Below are positions 1 to 12,851 of a stretch of 64,000 bases of DNA, piece after piece (the first letter of the stretch is position 1; every line of letters starts with the position of its first letter). The DNA lies in the NCBI RefSeq assembly GCF_006345805.1, contig NC_043001.1:32054001-32118000 (forward strand), written 5' to 3'. The stretch comes from Octopus sinensis. Its lineage: Eukaryota. The notes beneath the pieces were generated by a model. The model worked only from the letters and a program-made list of their open reading frames with translations, was not told the DNA's origin and did not search any database. A program made the position numbers and the translations under genes.

Positions 1-97
1 TATGTATATATATATGTATATATATATATTATGTATATGAATATGTATATAAATATATGTATATGTACATATATATATATATCTATATATTTGTAAT

Positions 98-143
<46 letters not shown>

Positions 144-300
144 CATATATATATAGTAAGTTATATATGTATATATAATAATGTATATTTGTATATATAT
201 ATATATGTACATATATATATTTATATATTATATTATATATATATATATAATATATACTACACACTATATGTATACAAACACACATAGACATATACATATA
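1..300. repeat. Degenerate (TA)n-rich microsatellite block
   Basis: Alternating TA with scattered substitutions; source of the YI-repeat ORF. Confidence 0.95.
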
Positions 301-937
301 TATTGGATATAAATAGAAATCATAGAACGTAGTATACCCGATTCTTTTTCTTTTTTTTTTTTCATCTTTCCTCCAAATTACAGCAAGCCTTTACAGAAAA
401 GGCATCTTATTACATTATTAAGTAATGATTTTAAACGTTGACGTTTTTGTCGATGCCACAAAATACACGAAGCAACTGTTGAACATAAGAAACATCACCG
501 AATTTGGATTCGAGATCCTTAGATTGAAGGAAGAAAAAGGAAATGAAAATATCGATGCATTCACTTAATGTTGTAGCATATCTGTTAACTTTTACCATTT
601 GCATGTTTCAGTTATTGGATTGCGGCCATGCTAGGGACCTCCTCGAATGGTTCCTCAACCATTTCTTTTTCTTTACCTATCAACCACTTTGGTTTCTATT
701 TCACTCGGGTGGACCCTCATAGCCATTTGATTTGATGGTTAGAAAAACCATATATTCTTAATCATAGGAGTGGCTGTGTGGTATGTAGCTTGCTTACCAA
801 CCACACGGTTCCGGGTTCAGTCCCACTGCGTGGCACCTTGTGCAAGTGTTTTCTACTATAGCCTCGGGCCGACCAAAGCCTTGTAAGTGGATTTGGGAGA
901 CGGAAACTGAAAGAATCCCGTCGTATATATGTATATA

Positions 938-2513
938 CAGTGGAGGAAATAAATATTCGTACATGTTAAAATTTTTATTTATTTAATTTCTAATGAACAT
1001 ATATGGGATATACCAATACTATATTTGCATACTCATGCATAAGAATTTGCAAAAGAAACTAATATATTATAGTAACTAAGGAATTTATATTCAATTATAA
1101 ATATTTAGTGGTGAAAAAAGTATTCGTACAGAACATAAATAACTGATAATTCTGATTTAATACTTCGTAGCATAACCATTATTCAGTTCCACTTCAACCA
1201 ATCCCTTCTTGTAGTTCTTAATCAATGACTCGCATGTTTCTTTAGGATTTTTTTCCCATTCTTCTTGACAAATTTTCTTCAAATCTGCAATGCACGTTGG
1301 GGCTCTTGATGATTTTATTTTGAAATATCGCCACAAATTTTTCAATGGGTGGAAGTCAGGTGACTGGCTTGGCCATCTAATATTTTATATTGTGATCGAC
1401 AATTCATTTTTTGGTAGACTTCGCCGTGATCTTAGGGTCGTTACTCTGTGGTAAAACCCACCCTTCACAAAGCTGGAGCTTTTCTACAGAGTCCCATAAA
1501 TTATTTTTCAAAATATTTTGGTACATCTCTGCATTCATTCTACCATCTATCACATGTAAATTGCCAGTACCATTTGCAGAGAAACACCCCCACAGCATGA
1601 TGTTGCCACCTCCAAACTTTACGGTAGGAATTTTGTTTTTCCTCCAAACATGGTTACGCGAATTTTGTCCAAACAATCCAATTTTCGACTCGTCTGTCCA
1701 TAGAACATTTTCCCAGGATGTATCAGATTTATCTTTATGTTCATAAACAAATTTTAAACGGGCATCTCTATGCCTTTTAGTCAATAGCGGAGTTTTTCTA
1801 GGAGAGCGTGACTTCTGTTCATTCCAATGAAGTTTATTGCTGATTGTTCGTAGTGTAACACTAGTCCCTGAAGCTAACAAATCTTCTTGCAGCTCCTTTC
1901 TGGTGATCATTGCGTATTTTCGATTCTTCGCTTCATTTTTATTAAAGATCTAGAGGAAATCTTGCGTGGTGCACCGGATCTTATTCTGTTTTCAACAGTT
2001 CCCGATTCTTTATATCTTTGAATAAATGAAGACATGGTAGTAAATGGAATACAAAGGGTCTCTGATATTTTCCTGTAACTTTTACCTGCTTTCCACTGTT
2101 CAATAATTAAGTTTTTCACTGAATTTGTGAGTTCTTTACTTTTCGCCATTATTACGACACTATTTTATGTTGTCTCAGTGCTGAATGAAGAAGCTAGTGT
2201 TTTGACACTTAAAAATGACAACTGATAAGATTATTGGAACAAATGAGAAAGTTCTAGTAAAAAAAAAAGTATTTTAACAGTATTTTGTGGCATAGAAAAT
2301 CATAAATTTATTCTGCACGAATACTTTTTTCACCCCTAAATATTTATAATTGTATATAAATTCATTAGTTACTATAATTTATTAGTTTCTTTTGCATAGT
2401 CTTAGTTTATGCATGTGTATGCAAATATAGTATTGGTATATCCCATTTATGTTCATTAGAAATTAAATAAATGAAGAATTTTGGCATTTACGAATATTTA
2501 TTTCCCCCCACTG
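938..2513 (-). mobile_element. Tc1/mariner DNA transposon, full-length but decayed, ~205-bp TIRs (938-1140, 2306-2513), TA target duplication
   Basis: TA|cagtggaggaaataaatattcgta ... tacgaatatttatttccccccactg|TA; arms match in reverse complement over ~200 bp; transposase inside. Confidence 0.97.
1157..2149 (-). pseudogene. Frameshifted Tc1 transposase (reconstructed DD34E spacing)
   Basis: MAKSKEL..SYRKIS HTH, RSGAPRK, WTDESK, TVKFGGG, WGCFS, QSNDPK (second D lost), WPSQSPD, EEWEK; split over three frames. Confidence 0.95.
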
Positions 2514-2889
2514 TATATATGTACGTGTGTGTATATGTTTGTGTGTTTGTGAGGTCCCTCCAACATCGCTTGACAACCGATGCTGGTGTGTTTACGTCCC
2601 CGTAACTTAGCGGTTCGGCAAAAGCGACCGATAGAATAAGTACTAGGCTTACACAGACTAAGTCCTGGGGTCGATTTGCTCAACTAAAGGCGGTGCTCCA
2701 GTATGACCACAGTCAAATGACTGAAACAAGCAAAAGAGTAAAAGAGTAAATATTATTAGGGATTGTCTAAAAAAATTGTTAAAATATTTTGTGTGTTGTA
2801 GAAGTTTACTCAATATATTGCAGATAAATTTTAACAACATATCTCATATGGGCCCTCAAGGACCAAATGGAACCCGGTGGAGAACTACC

Positions 2890-3222
2890 GGTTTAGTCGA
2901 ACACATTAACCGCAGTACTTATTTGGCCGAACCGCTAAGTTACGAAGACGTAAACAAAGCAACACTTGTTGTCAAGCATCGGAAGGACAAGCACACCCAC
3001 GAAGAAACTCACACACATACACGCACGCACACACACATGCACACACACACACACAGGTATATATACACACGTGCGATGGGCACCCTCACAGTTATCGTCT
3101 ACTAAATTTACTCACAAAGCGTCGGATGCCTCGAGACTATAGTGCAAGACACTGACCCATGGTACCGCACAATGAAATTGAACCTGAAACCACGTGTTCC
3201 GATGCAAACTTCTTAACCATAC
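2890..3222 (-). mobile_element. SINE family A, diverged copy
   Basis: Reverse complement of both family A halves around a (CA)n tract. Confidence 0.75.
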
Positions 3223-3244
3223 ACAATTTATGAATGTCCTCTTT

Positions 3245-3555
3245 TCTACTCTAGGCACATAGCCAGAAATTTGGGGGGAAGAGGGGGCAGTTGATTAGAT
3301 CAACCCCAATACACAACTGATACTTAATTCATCGACCCCGAATGGATGAAAGGCAAAGTCGACCTCACCAGTATATGAACTCAGAACCTCAGAACATAAA
3401 GACAGATGATCTGAGTTCAAATTCTGCAGGGGTCGACTTTGCCTTTCATCCTTACGGGGTCGATAAATTAAGTACCTGTTGCGTATTAGGGTCGATCTAA
3501 TCGACTGCCCCTACTTCCTCCAAAATTTCAGGCCTTGTGCCTAGAGTAGAAAGGA
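3245..3555. mobile_element. Two partial family B SINEs in opposite orientation (about 3245-3400 minus, 3410-3555 plus)
   Basis: gaccccgaatggatgaaaggcaaagtcgacc, then gtcgactttgcctttcatccttacggggtcgataaa; tail tgtgcctagagtagaaagga. Confidence 0.8.
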
Positions 3556-3616
3556 ATTTGTGAATGTGTTCATTGTGCAATTCTGTTTTTGTTTGATTTA
3601 AAGGTATATATTTCTG

Positions 3617-4198
3617 CTGGCAGAAACGTTAACGCGCCGGGCGAAATGCTTAGCAGTATTTCGTCTGCCGTTACGTTCGGAGTTCAAATTCCGCTGAGGT
3701 CGACTTTGCCTTTCAAGGTCGATAAATTAAGTACCAGTTACGCACTCGGTTCGATGTAATAGACTTAACAATTAACTGTCCTTGTTTGTCCCCTCTGTGT
3801 TTAGTCACTTGTGGGTAGTAAAGAAATAGGTATTTCGTCTGCCGCTACGTTCTGAGTTCAAATTCCCTCGAGGTCGACTTTGCCTTTCATCCTTTCGGGG
3901 TTGATTAAATAAGTACCAGTTACGCACTGGGGTCGATATAGTCAACGTAATCCGTTTATCTGTCCTTGTTTGTCCCCTCTGTGTTTAGCCCCTTGTGGGT
4001 AGTAAAGAAATAGGTAATTCGTCTGCCGTTACGTTCTGAGTTCAAATTCCGCCGAGGTCGACTTTGCCTTTCATCCTTTCGGGGTCGATAAATAAAGTAC
4101 CAGTGACGCACTGAGGTCGATGTAATCGACTTATACCTTTGTCTGTCCACGTTTGTTCCTTCTATGTTTAGCCCCTTGTGGGCAATAAAGAAATAATA
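3617..4198 (+). mobile_element. SINE family B, three-unit tandem array (period ~184 bp)
   Basis: Head ctggcagaaacgttaacgcgccgggcgaaatg; repeated unit tatttcgtctgccg...gtcgactttgcctttcatcctttcgggg...gtagtaaagaaatagg. Confidence 0.92.
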
Positions 4199-4324
4199 AA
4201 CGTCTATATTTATATGCACGCAGTATATTTTCCTGTACGTACTTTTATTTGATGTTATTACCATTGTCACATCAGATAAAACTAGGCATCTCCTTTGGTG
4301 TACTTGGCACATTCCTTGCAATAA

Positions 4325-4525
4325 CTACATTATATATTGCTTTACTGCCCTCAAGGGGCTAAACACAGAGGGGACAAATAAGGATAGACAAAGGGATTAA
4401 GTCGATTATATCGACCTCAGTGCGAAACTGGTACTTTATTTAATCGACCCCGAAAGGATGAAAGGCAACGTCGACCTCAGAACTCAGAACGTAACGACAG
4501 ACGAAATACCGCTAGGCATTTCGCA
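4325..4525 (-). mobile_element. SINE family B, single unit, inverted relative to 3617-4198
   Basis: caaggggctaaacacagaggggacaaa...cgaaaggatgaaaggc...gacgaaataccgct. Confidence 0.88.
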
Positions 4526-4886
4526 CATTATATATATATGTATGTGAGTGTGTGTGCATTATATATATACATACACATACATACATATATGTGCGTGTGT
4601 ATATGTGTGCGTATATATGTATGCATGTGCATAATTTGTGCATAGGGATATGAATATGCGAGTACACACGCAGACACACACACCACGTAGATGTATATAT
4701 CGTCAGCCACTGTTGAACTAAACACAGTTATTTATTTAGCCTCATGCTATATAAAGAGTGGTTTGTATATAAATCAATCAGGAACGACCAACGGAACGAA
4801 ATAGTAACCCCTATATATATCAATAAGATATATATATTCAGAAACTCTACTGTTTGAAATATATGTTGTGATGGCTAAATGCTTGC

Positions 4887-4929
<43 letters not shown>

Positions 4930-5397
4930 CATACAATCGCATCGCAACGTAGACAGCAAGGTTTTCGCTTATCTATGAGAAGTGTTCAATCATTAGAAAC
5001 GCGCAACAATCTCAGTATGTAGTCAGTGCCTTAGCTTTACCTCAATGTGAATTTCAGAAACGAGAAGAATAACATGAAAATATTTCGGATAAACAGTCTT
5101 TAAATCGTTTTTGTCCATACAACTGTTGCATTTTGAGACTTTGCAACGGAATATTTATCGCACGTTACTATGTGGAACATCTACGTGTTTTGTCGACTAT
5201 TTGCCTCGTCAGCCGGTGTACAATAAATATAGAACAGTTGTTGAAATCACCTGTGATATCAGCATGTATGCAAATCATACATACTTGCATACATACAAAT
5301 ACACACACACACACAACACACATATATATATATGTATATATATGTATATATATATGTTGTATATATGGTATATATGTATATATATATATATATATAT

Positions 5398-5449
<52 letters not shown>

Positions 5450-5781
5450 AATGAAGATCAGGAGAACGATAAAACTCTTAATCTCCTTCTCTCTTTCATT
5501 GTTTTCATTATTTCCTTCCTTCAATTTTTCCAGCAGCAAGGTCATTGCATTTTGAGAAGTCATTTCACAATCTCCGTTCTCCTTCAGTAATTTCGCTATT
5601 TTCTCTACGGAAACTATGTGGTCTCTAAAGGACATTCGGATTTCCTAAGCGAAGATTAATAACCGAGTCCAAGTAAATTCTCAACTAACTTGAGTATCAC
5701 CAGCATTTGCTGTGGCTAGCCGGCATTGAGAACGGATCTAAGAGTTAACACGGTAACCGCCATTTTGGGAAATATTACTTT

Positions 5782-5836
<55 letters not shown>

Positions 5837-6191
5837 ATTACATATATATATAATATATACATCGCTGGTTACATTCTGCTCTGCGTTATTTTATTTTAGC
5901 TTTTCGAATGATGCCAGTCCACTGGTGGGCGACAGGTCAACGTCTCCCATCCCCCACCCCGAATCAGAATACTATTCCGTCACAGAGTTACCTATTGGAT
6001 TGGAACCACGTGAAATGATGTGTTTTTCTCAAGAACACACCACGTCTCTCGATCTAGGAATCGAACCCAGGATCCAGCGACCATGAGTGCAACACCGTAA
6101 TAGCTAGGTAACGCACCTTCATATCCATCCATCCATCTAGATACATACAAGTGTGTAAGTATGTATGTGTGTATATTGCATATGTGTGTGT

Positions 6192-6685
6192 ATATTTGTT
6201 TACTTGTTTCAGACATATGACTGCGGCCATGATGGAGCACCGCCTTTGTAAGCCTAGTACTTATTCTATCGGTCTCTTTTGCCGAACCGCTAAGTTACGG
6301 GGACGTAAACACATCAGCATCGGTTGTCAAGCCATGATAGGAGAACAAACACAGATAGAAAAACACACATACACACATATCTCGTCACCCTTTTCAAGCC
6401 TAGCCAGGCTCATGGGCCCGGTTTCCCTGTTTTTGTGGCGTATGTGTTTCCCTCAGCTGGATGGGACGCCAGTCCATCGCAGCGTCCACACACACACACA
6501 CACACACAAATATATATATATATACGACGGGTTTCTTTCAGTTTCCGTCTAACAAATCCACTCACAAGGCTTTGTTCGGCCCGAGGCTATTGCAGAAGAC
6601 ACTTGCCCAAGGTGCCACGCTGTGGTACTGAACCCGGAACTATGCAGTTGGTAAGCAAGCTACTTACCACACACCCACTCCTGCG

Positions 6686-6690
<5 letters not shown>
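6192..6690 (-). mobile_element. SINE family A with a family C 3' fragment (about 6386-6485) nested in its internal microsatellite
   Basis: Both A halves present; insert caagcctagccaggctcatgggcccggtttcc matches the family C tail at 8251-8350. Confidence 0.85.
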
Positions 6691-6727
<37 letters not shown>

Positions 6728-6746
6728 TATATATATACATACACAA

Positions 6747-6778
<32 letters not shown>

Positions 6779-7406
6779 TATATATATATATATACGCACA
6801 CTCATTCACAGTAAATATCTCATAGATTAGCTAATATTACATTAAATGTGAAATGTGTTATATAGGTCGATAAATTAAGCACCAGTGAAGTGCTGGGGTC
6901 GATGTTATCGATTATCGCCCTCTCCCAAATTTCAGACCTTGTCCCTATAGTAGAAAGGATTATAGGTCTCAATCAATCAGGCTTAAAACGGTATCTCATA
7001 CAAATAAGCATAAACAAAACGACAAAAGAACAGACTATACCATGTGACAGAAGTTCATGTAACGAAAGAGTTTCGACGAACGGTCCTTTCTTAGGACAAG
7101 CTAAATGATATCACTCGGTGAACTTTTTATTATGTACTTACTATTTGCTGAAACAGAGTATCACGTGTTTCCTCGGATTATACTGCTTTACTGAAAGAAT
7201 GTAGAAAAAGTAAGGTAGTTACCACTGATTTCATAGGCAGCTGTATCTTTTCCGAATATTGTTCCTTTTGAACGAGTGCCTGTTTCCGTCAATCAATTGT
7301 TTGATCGAGTAAACCTGTAAACAAAGGCATTTGAGACGTGACCATCTATACATACATGCATACATACATAATACATACATACATGCATACATACATACAT
7401 AAATAT

Positions 7407-7597
7407 TTGATAAAGGAAAAGAACAACGTCACTGGTAGTTCTAATGAATTTATTATTTTAAATATGATTTTAGAGTTTGGTTTGTAGATCTAGTTTGTAG
7501 ATCTAGTAGAGCTAGATCTACAAACCAAACTGTAAAATTATATTATTAAAAAAATTAAATTGCTTAAAACTACCAGTGAAGTCATTCTTGTCCTTTT
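7407..7597. repeat. Imperfect fold-back element, MITE-like
   Basis: tcactggtagtt...agtttggtttgtagatctag mirrored by ctagatctacaaaccaaact...aactaccagtga. Confidence 0.7.
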
Positions 7598-8250
7598 CAA
7601 ATATACCTAACTGTATCAAGGATTTCAAATTTTTCCAACACACACCCACATAATATATATATGTATATATAATATATAAAAATATACATGGTATGTATAC
7701 ATGTATGTATAATATATATATATATGTATATATCTATAATATATATATAATATTATATATATATAATAACATATATTGTATATATTTGTGTGTGTGTGTG
7801 TGTGTGCGTATGTGTTACGTACATATATGTATAATGAGCCCATAAGCTAAAGACCATAAACAATAAAGATGCTATTCTTTCCTTGTACACCTTAACTGGG
7901 TCTAGTAACTGAATTTTATTTATGGTAACTGCCAACTACTCATAAATTCTATAATCGAAACTATTAACCCGTTTCAGCAGAGAAATTTGGGATGAAACAA
8001 TTCCATATTGCTTAGAAATTTAATTTTTTTTTTATTTTTTAAAAAATTAAACAACCAAAGTTCGGACGTCCTGCGATGAATAAAAGCTATAAAACGTAAT
8101 TCGATGATAATTATGGGTCGAGTTATAAATGATCCCATCATACAACTGGAACTTTATGGTATTTATGAGACTGAGGTATTAAATAAAGCTGTGTGAAATA
8201 ATACTAAAAACATATGCTATTAGTTATAATTAACAAAATTTTAAAATTAT

Positions 8251-8562
8251 TTTATGCGCCCTTTTCAAGCCTAGCCAGGATTATGGGCACGGTTTCCCGG
8301 TTTCTGTGGCGTATGTGTTCCCCCTAGCTGGGCGGGACGCCAGTCCATCGCAGTACAACTCAAGAAACAGGAAGAGAGAGAGAGAGTGAGAGAAAGTTGG
8401 GGCGAAAGAGTACAACAGGGGTCGCCACCACCCACTGCTGGAGCCTCGGGGAGCTTTTAGGTGTTTTCGCTCAATAAACACACACAAGGCCCGGTTTGGG
8501 AATCGAAACCGCGATCCTCCGACCGCGAGTCCGCTGCCCTAACCACTGGGCCATTGCGACTC
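8251..8562 (-). mobile_element. tRNA-derived SINE family C
   Basis: Minus-strand head gcaatggcccagtggttagggcagcggactcgcggtcggaggatcgcggtttcgattccc (tRNA-like A/B boxes); tail shared with 20022-20330. Confidence 0.88.
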
Positions 8563-8629
8563 TCCAAATAATTTTTAAATGTGGGATAAAAGTGATGCAA
8601 CATGCGGAAAGCAGTACTAGAAGAATGGA

Positions 8630-8850
8630 AAGGCGGCGAGCTAGAAGAAACGTTAAGCACACGGGGCGAAATACTTAGTGGTGTTTCTTTTGCTTTTACG
8701 TTCTCAGTTCAAATTCCGCCGAGGTCGTCTTTGCCTTTCATCATTTCAGGGTCGATAAATCAAGTACCAGTTGCACACTGTCGTCGATCTAATCGACTGG
8801 CCCCCTCTCCAAACATTTCTGGCTTTGTGCCTAGAGTAGAAAAGAATACT
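8630..8850 (+). mobile_element. SINE family B, short-tail variant
   Basis: aaggcggcgagctag...ttctcagttcaaattccgccgaggtcg...tgtgcctagagtagaaa. Confidence 0.85.
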
Positions 8851-9002
8851 GAAAGAACGGGACAGTCTTAACCCCGCTATGCTCCTCAATATTTACTTAG
8901 ATCACATAAAAGGCAAATCAGCCTGTTAGAGCCAATTTCTCTCAAATCTATAAAGCATATGAAATAGAAGGGTCCATTTAGGAATATTAATTCAGATGTC
9001 TG

Positions 9003-9235
9003 TGGAGGCGCGTAGCTTAATGGTTAGGTTGTGGTTTCGATTCCTGGACCGGGCGATGCGTTGTGTTCTTGAGCAAAACATTTCATTTCACGTTGCTCCA
9101 GTCCACTCAGCTGGCAAAAATGAGTAATCCTTCGACGGATCGGTGTCCCGTATAGGTGGGCAATTTCTACGCCACTGAAACCGAGAAACCGGCCCTTATG
9201 AGCCTGGCATGGCTCGAGAAGGAACATTTATTATT
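9003..9235 (+). mobile_element. SINE family C variant
   Basis: ggaggcgcgtagcttaatggttagg...ttgctccagtccactcagctggcaaaaatgagt...gagcctggcatggctcgagaaggaac. Confidence 0.8.
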
Positions 9236-9649
9236 TTTTAAATTTAATTCAGATGTCTAATTTGTACTCAAACACACGAAATTTTAAGGTGGTTTGATAA
9301 GATTTCTAGGCGGTGGTATCTTTTATTGGTGTATTAGGGATGGCAGTGACGATACATGACTTCGACCGGAACAGAACCGGTAACTCAATGTTTTGGAAAT
9401 TTCCTGCTGTTAAAGGCTTCGATGCTTAAGTCGCTTGGATGCTGGACTACCAAGTGAGAGGGCAGCAGTTCGTATTCTGCACTATGATGGGGCTATAATC
9501 AACGGCTAAGTCCATCTAGATTTGATAAAGTTACTGTGGAAGTGGAGGTGAATGCGTAACTCACTACAGTAACTAGCAGTAGCGATGGCTATTTGATCTG
9601 TGTTTTGTTGCTATGTAAATAGTATTCAATACCTCTGCAGGTAAAGCTC

Positions 9650-10072
9650 TTACTCTTTTACTCTTTTATTTGTTTCAGTCATTTGACTGTGGCCATACTG
9701 GAGCACCGCCTTTTAGTCGAGCAAATTGACCCCAGGACTTATTCTTTGTAAGCCTAGTACTTATTTCATCGGTCGCTTTTGCCGAACAGCTAAGTGACGG
9801 GGACGTAAACACACCAGCATCAGTTGTCAAGCGATGTTGGGGGGGGGGGGCAAACACAGGCACACAAACATATACACACACACATATACATATATACATA
9901 TATATATATACGACGGGCGTCTTTCAGTTTCCGTCTATCAAATCCACTCACAAGGCTCTGGTCGGCCCGAGGCTATAGTAGGAGACATTTGCCCAAGGTG
10001 CCGCGCAATGGGACTGAACCCGGAAACATGTGGTTCGTAAGCAAGCTACTTACCACATAGCTACTCCTGCTC
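9650..10072 (-). mobile_element. SINE family A, well preserved
   Basis: Full reverse-complement match, including the (taaaagag)n tail and the head. Confidence 0.92.
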
Positions 10073-10504
10073 CTAGTTATGAAAAAAAAAACCTACCTCT
10101 CGTCTGCTCAGCTCTAGAGATACTAGAGATAATCTATAACTCCATCGTCCTTTCTGTTTTAGAATTAGTAATAACCAGATACTTATAGATGACATAGACA
10201 TCGTCGTATCGATGGTTAGTTCATTGCTTTTGTGTTACACTTCACCACTGGACAAATAACAGCGAATATTTCTTGCTACGGTTTATTTCTGAGACGTTTG
10301 TGAACTTAGACGTGATGCCTAACAGCTGCGCAGTTCAATACTACACTGATTTCAGCTTCTTCCGAACGAGATTTCATACAAACAACATGAATAGCAGAAC
10401 TAAACTGTTATCCTCAACAGCAAGGGCATTCGTCGGGGGCCACAAGCTTTCATTATTGTACAGTTATTTCGTTATTTTAAGTATTATTACACACTACTGA
10501 ATTC

Positions 10505-10666
10505 AGGCCTATTTCAATTATGTATATATATGTATGTGTGTGTGTATGTGTTTATATATAATTTATACTATATATATATATATATACATATATATATGGA
10601 TGTTAGATATATGTATGGATATAATATATATATATATATATATAATATATAATATATATCTGTATG

Positions 10667-10697
<31 letters not shown>

Positions 10698-11230
10698 CTG
10701 TATATATAATATGTATGTATATGTATATATATATATGTATATGTATCTGTCTATATGTATGTATTGTATATATATATGTATGTATATGTTATTATATATA
10801 TATACATGTATGTATATATATATATGATGTATATGTATATATGTATGTATATGTTATATATGTATGTATATGTATATATGTATATATATGTATATATGTA
10901 TATATATATATATATATATACATATAATATATGTGTGTGTGTGTGTATGTTTGTCTGTATATGTATATGTGAGTACGTTTGTGTGTATGTATATGTATAT
11001 ATATATATATTTATTACATACATATATACATACACATTGTGTATGTGTGTGTGTGTATGCGTGTATGCATCAATATATATAACATATGCATATATATATA
11101 CATCTATATGTGTGTATGCATATATATATGTGCATATGAATATATACGTACATATATTTGGAGAGAGCATAGATATACATATATACGTGAAGAGAGATAG
11201 AGCTAGAATGAGAGAGAAGTAGAGGAATAT
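10505..11230. repeat. Long degenerate (TA)/(TG) low-complexity tract
   Basis: Direct inspection. Confidence 0.95.
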
Positions 11231-12063
11231 ATATATATGTATTAAGAGAGAAGCTTATGTGTGTGTGTGTTCATGTATGCGTGTGTGTGAGCGGTTTCAT
11301 ATATAGATATATGTATATGTACAGACGTTTTTTAAAGAAAAAATATCTTCTAATCATTGTAGTAAAGTAGTGCCTAACTTTGAATTACTATCAAATATAT
11401 TTGATAATGAGAATTTAAATTACTTCCTCTGCGGTAACCAATACTGTTTCGCAACAGAACAGATCTTGGCAGTGTCATTTCAGCGTCCGTTGAGAAAGAA
11501 GATGGACAGAATAGCAGCAATAGCAAGAAATAAAGTGTGTTTGGCCGACTATCACGGTGTTCAAAATCAGACTGGATCAATTATTTGAGAGAAAAAAACT
11601 GAGAAATACAGAGAAGAAAGAAGAAACAGAGAGAGAGAGAGAGAGAAGGTGGTGGAGGAGGAGGAGGATGAGGAGGGAGAGAAAGAGAAACAGGGAGGGA
11701 ATGATATGAAAATAGAAACAAAATAATAACAAAAAAAAAAAAAACAAGTCTCTATAAAATAAATTATATTGAAACTTCAAAAGGAAACGAAGTAAAATTG
11801 CTACGGGTTCGAAAAATACTGCGGTGCATAATTTTTTTCTCCTTCTTAAGTTGTTAATTTATTCATTATACTTCAATATAGATCGTCGACGTGCCAGATT
11901 AAACGCCGTCGAGTATTTAGTTTCTTCTCTCAACGTTCTAACTTCAAAACTCTGTTGGGGGGCGACTTAGCCATTCATCACCCTAAGGTCGATAATATAA
12001 GTTTGTAGATCAACATGAAAGCAACGTCAATACAATGGATTATTGTGGTCTTACCTCTTTATA

Positions 12064-12096
<33 letters not shown>

Positions 12097-12137
12097 CTAT
12101 ATACATACTCTTAGATACATGCATGCATATATGTATG

Positions 12138-12173
<36 letters not shown>

Positions 12174-12851
12174 TATATATATATATATATAATATATATA
12201 TACACACATATATATATATAAAGATTTAGCCTTCTGCGTGGTCAAAATGTATTTATATTTCTACAAAACTCATTGAATTGCGATAATAGACAGAGCACTG
12301 AATGAAAGCCATTTTGTGTCCCATTTGATCACTTAACACTCTAAGTTCAAATCGAACTGGTGTCAAGGATATTTTCCCCCCTCTCTCATTTTTCTCCAGT
12401 TTCTCGATGAAACTCACATTGGGCATATACTTGAGTTCATTGATTAAATCTATTATACCGATTCTGATGATTTGTGTCAAAGTGAAAAATCATTTAGAGC
12501 GGAGTTAAGCGGCAGAGTGGTTGAAACTACTGGGTTCAGTCCTCCAGCATTTTTGGGTTCGAACTCTGTTGATTCTTTCATTCATCAATCTTGAGGTCGA
12601 TCACAATAAGTTACCGCCATCATATTGAAATCAAGTCAATTGCCAGTATCTTATATACTTCAAGACTCGATACCCTATCTATTATATACTTCAAGGCTTT
12701 GTCAATAATTATGAGAAATAAAATTCGTGTATATTAGACTCAGATTAATCCTGACCGAACAAATCTATTTAAAAAATGCGTTCCAGCCGTGACAACTCCG
12801 TCTTTCTTTCATTTGTTGTCTCTGTGCAAGACTACATTATCTAGCGCGTCA

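Larger units (their letters stand above)
766..2750 (+). mobile_element. tRNA-derived SINE family A (bipartite, internal TA/TG microsatellite), split by a Tc1 insertion: halves 766-937 and 2514-2750
   Basis: Head ggagtggctgtgtggt...gggttcagtcccac with A/B-box-like motifs; 3' half catcgcttgacaaccgatgctgg...gactgaaacaag(taaaagag)n; the same two halves are contiguous in other copies (6192-6690, 9650-10072, 18478-18920). Confidence 0.9.

Noticed and set aside
3617-4198. Regular repeats that might suggest a CRISPR array
   Set aside because: Whole ~184-bp units repeat with no unique spacers; eukaryotic SINE array
5170-5215. Minus-strand CTGACGAG-gc...gtc-GAC
   Set aside because: GAAA box broken and no stem I
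5450-5760. Minus-strand ORF MSFRDHIVSVEKIAKLL
   Set aside because: Runs into (TA)n; no recognisable domain or splice support
7062-7095. Minus-strand gac-cgttc-gtc-GAAAC
   Set aside because: First core box and stem III degenerate
7230-7322. Possible minus-strand exon after tttacag
   Set aside because: All three frames stop before the putative donor; no homology
8490-8562. tRNA-like sequences here and at 20022, 27262 and about 6050-6120
   Set aside because: Heads of SINEs, continuous with SINE bodies; no complete cloverleaf
11374-11580. Minus-strand ORF with a signal-peptide-like stretch (YFLLLLLFCPSSFS)
   Set aside because: Starts at TTG, weak donor site, no recognisable homology or partner exons
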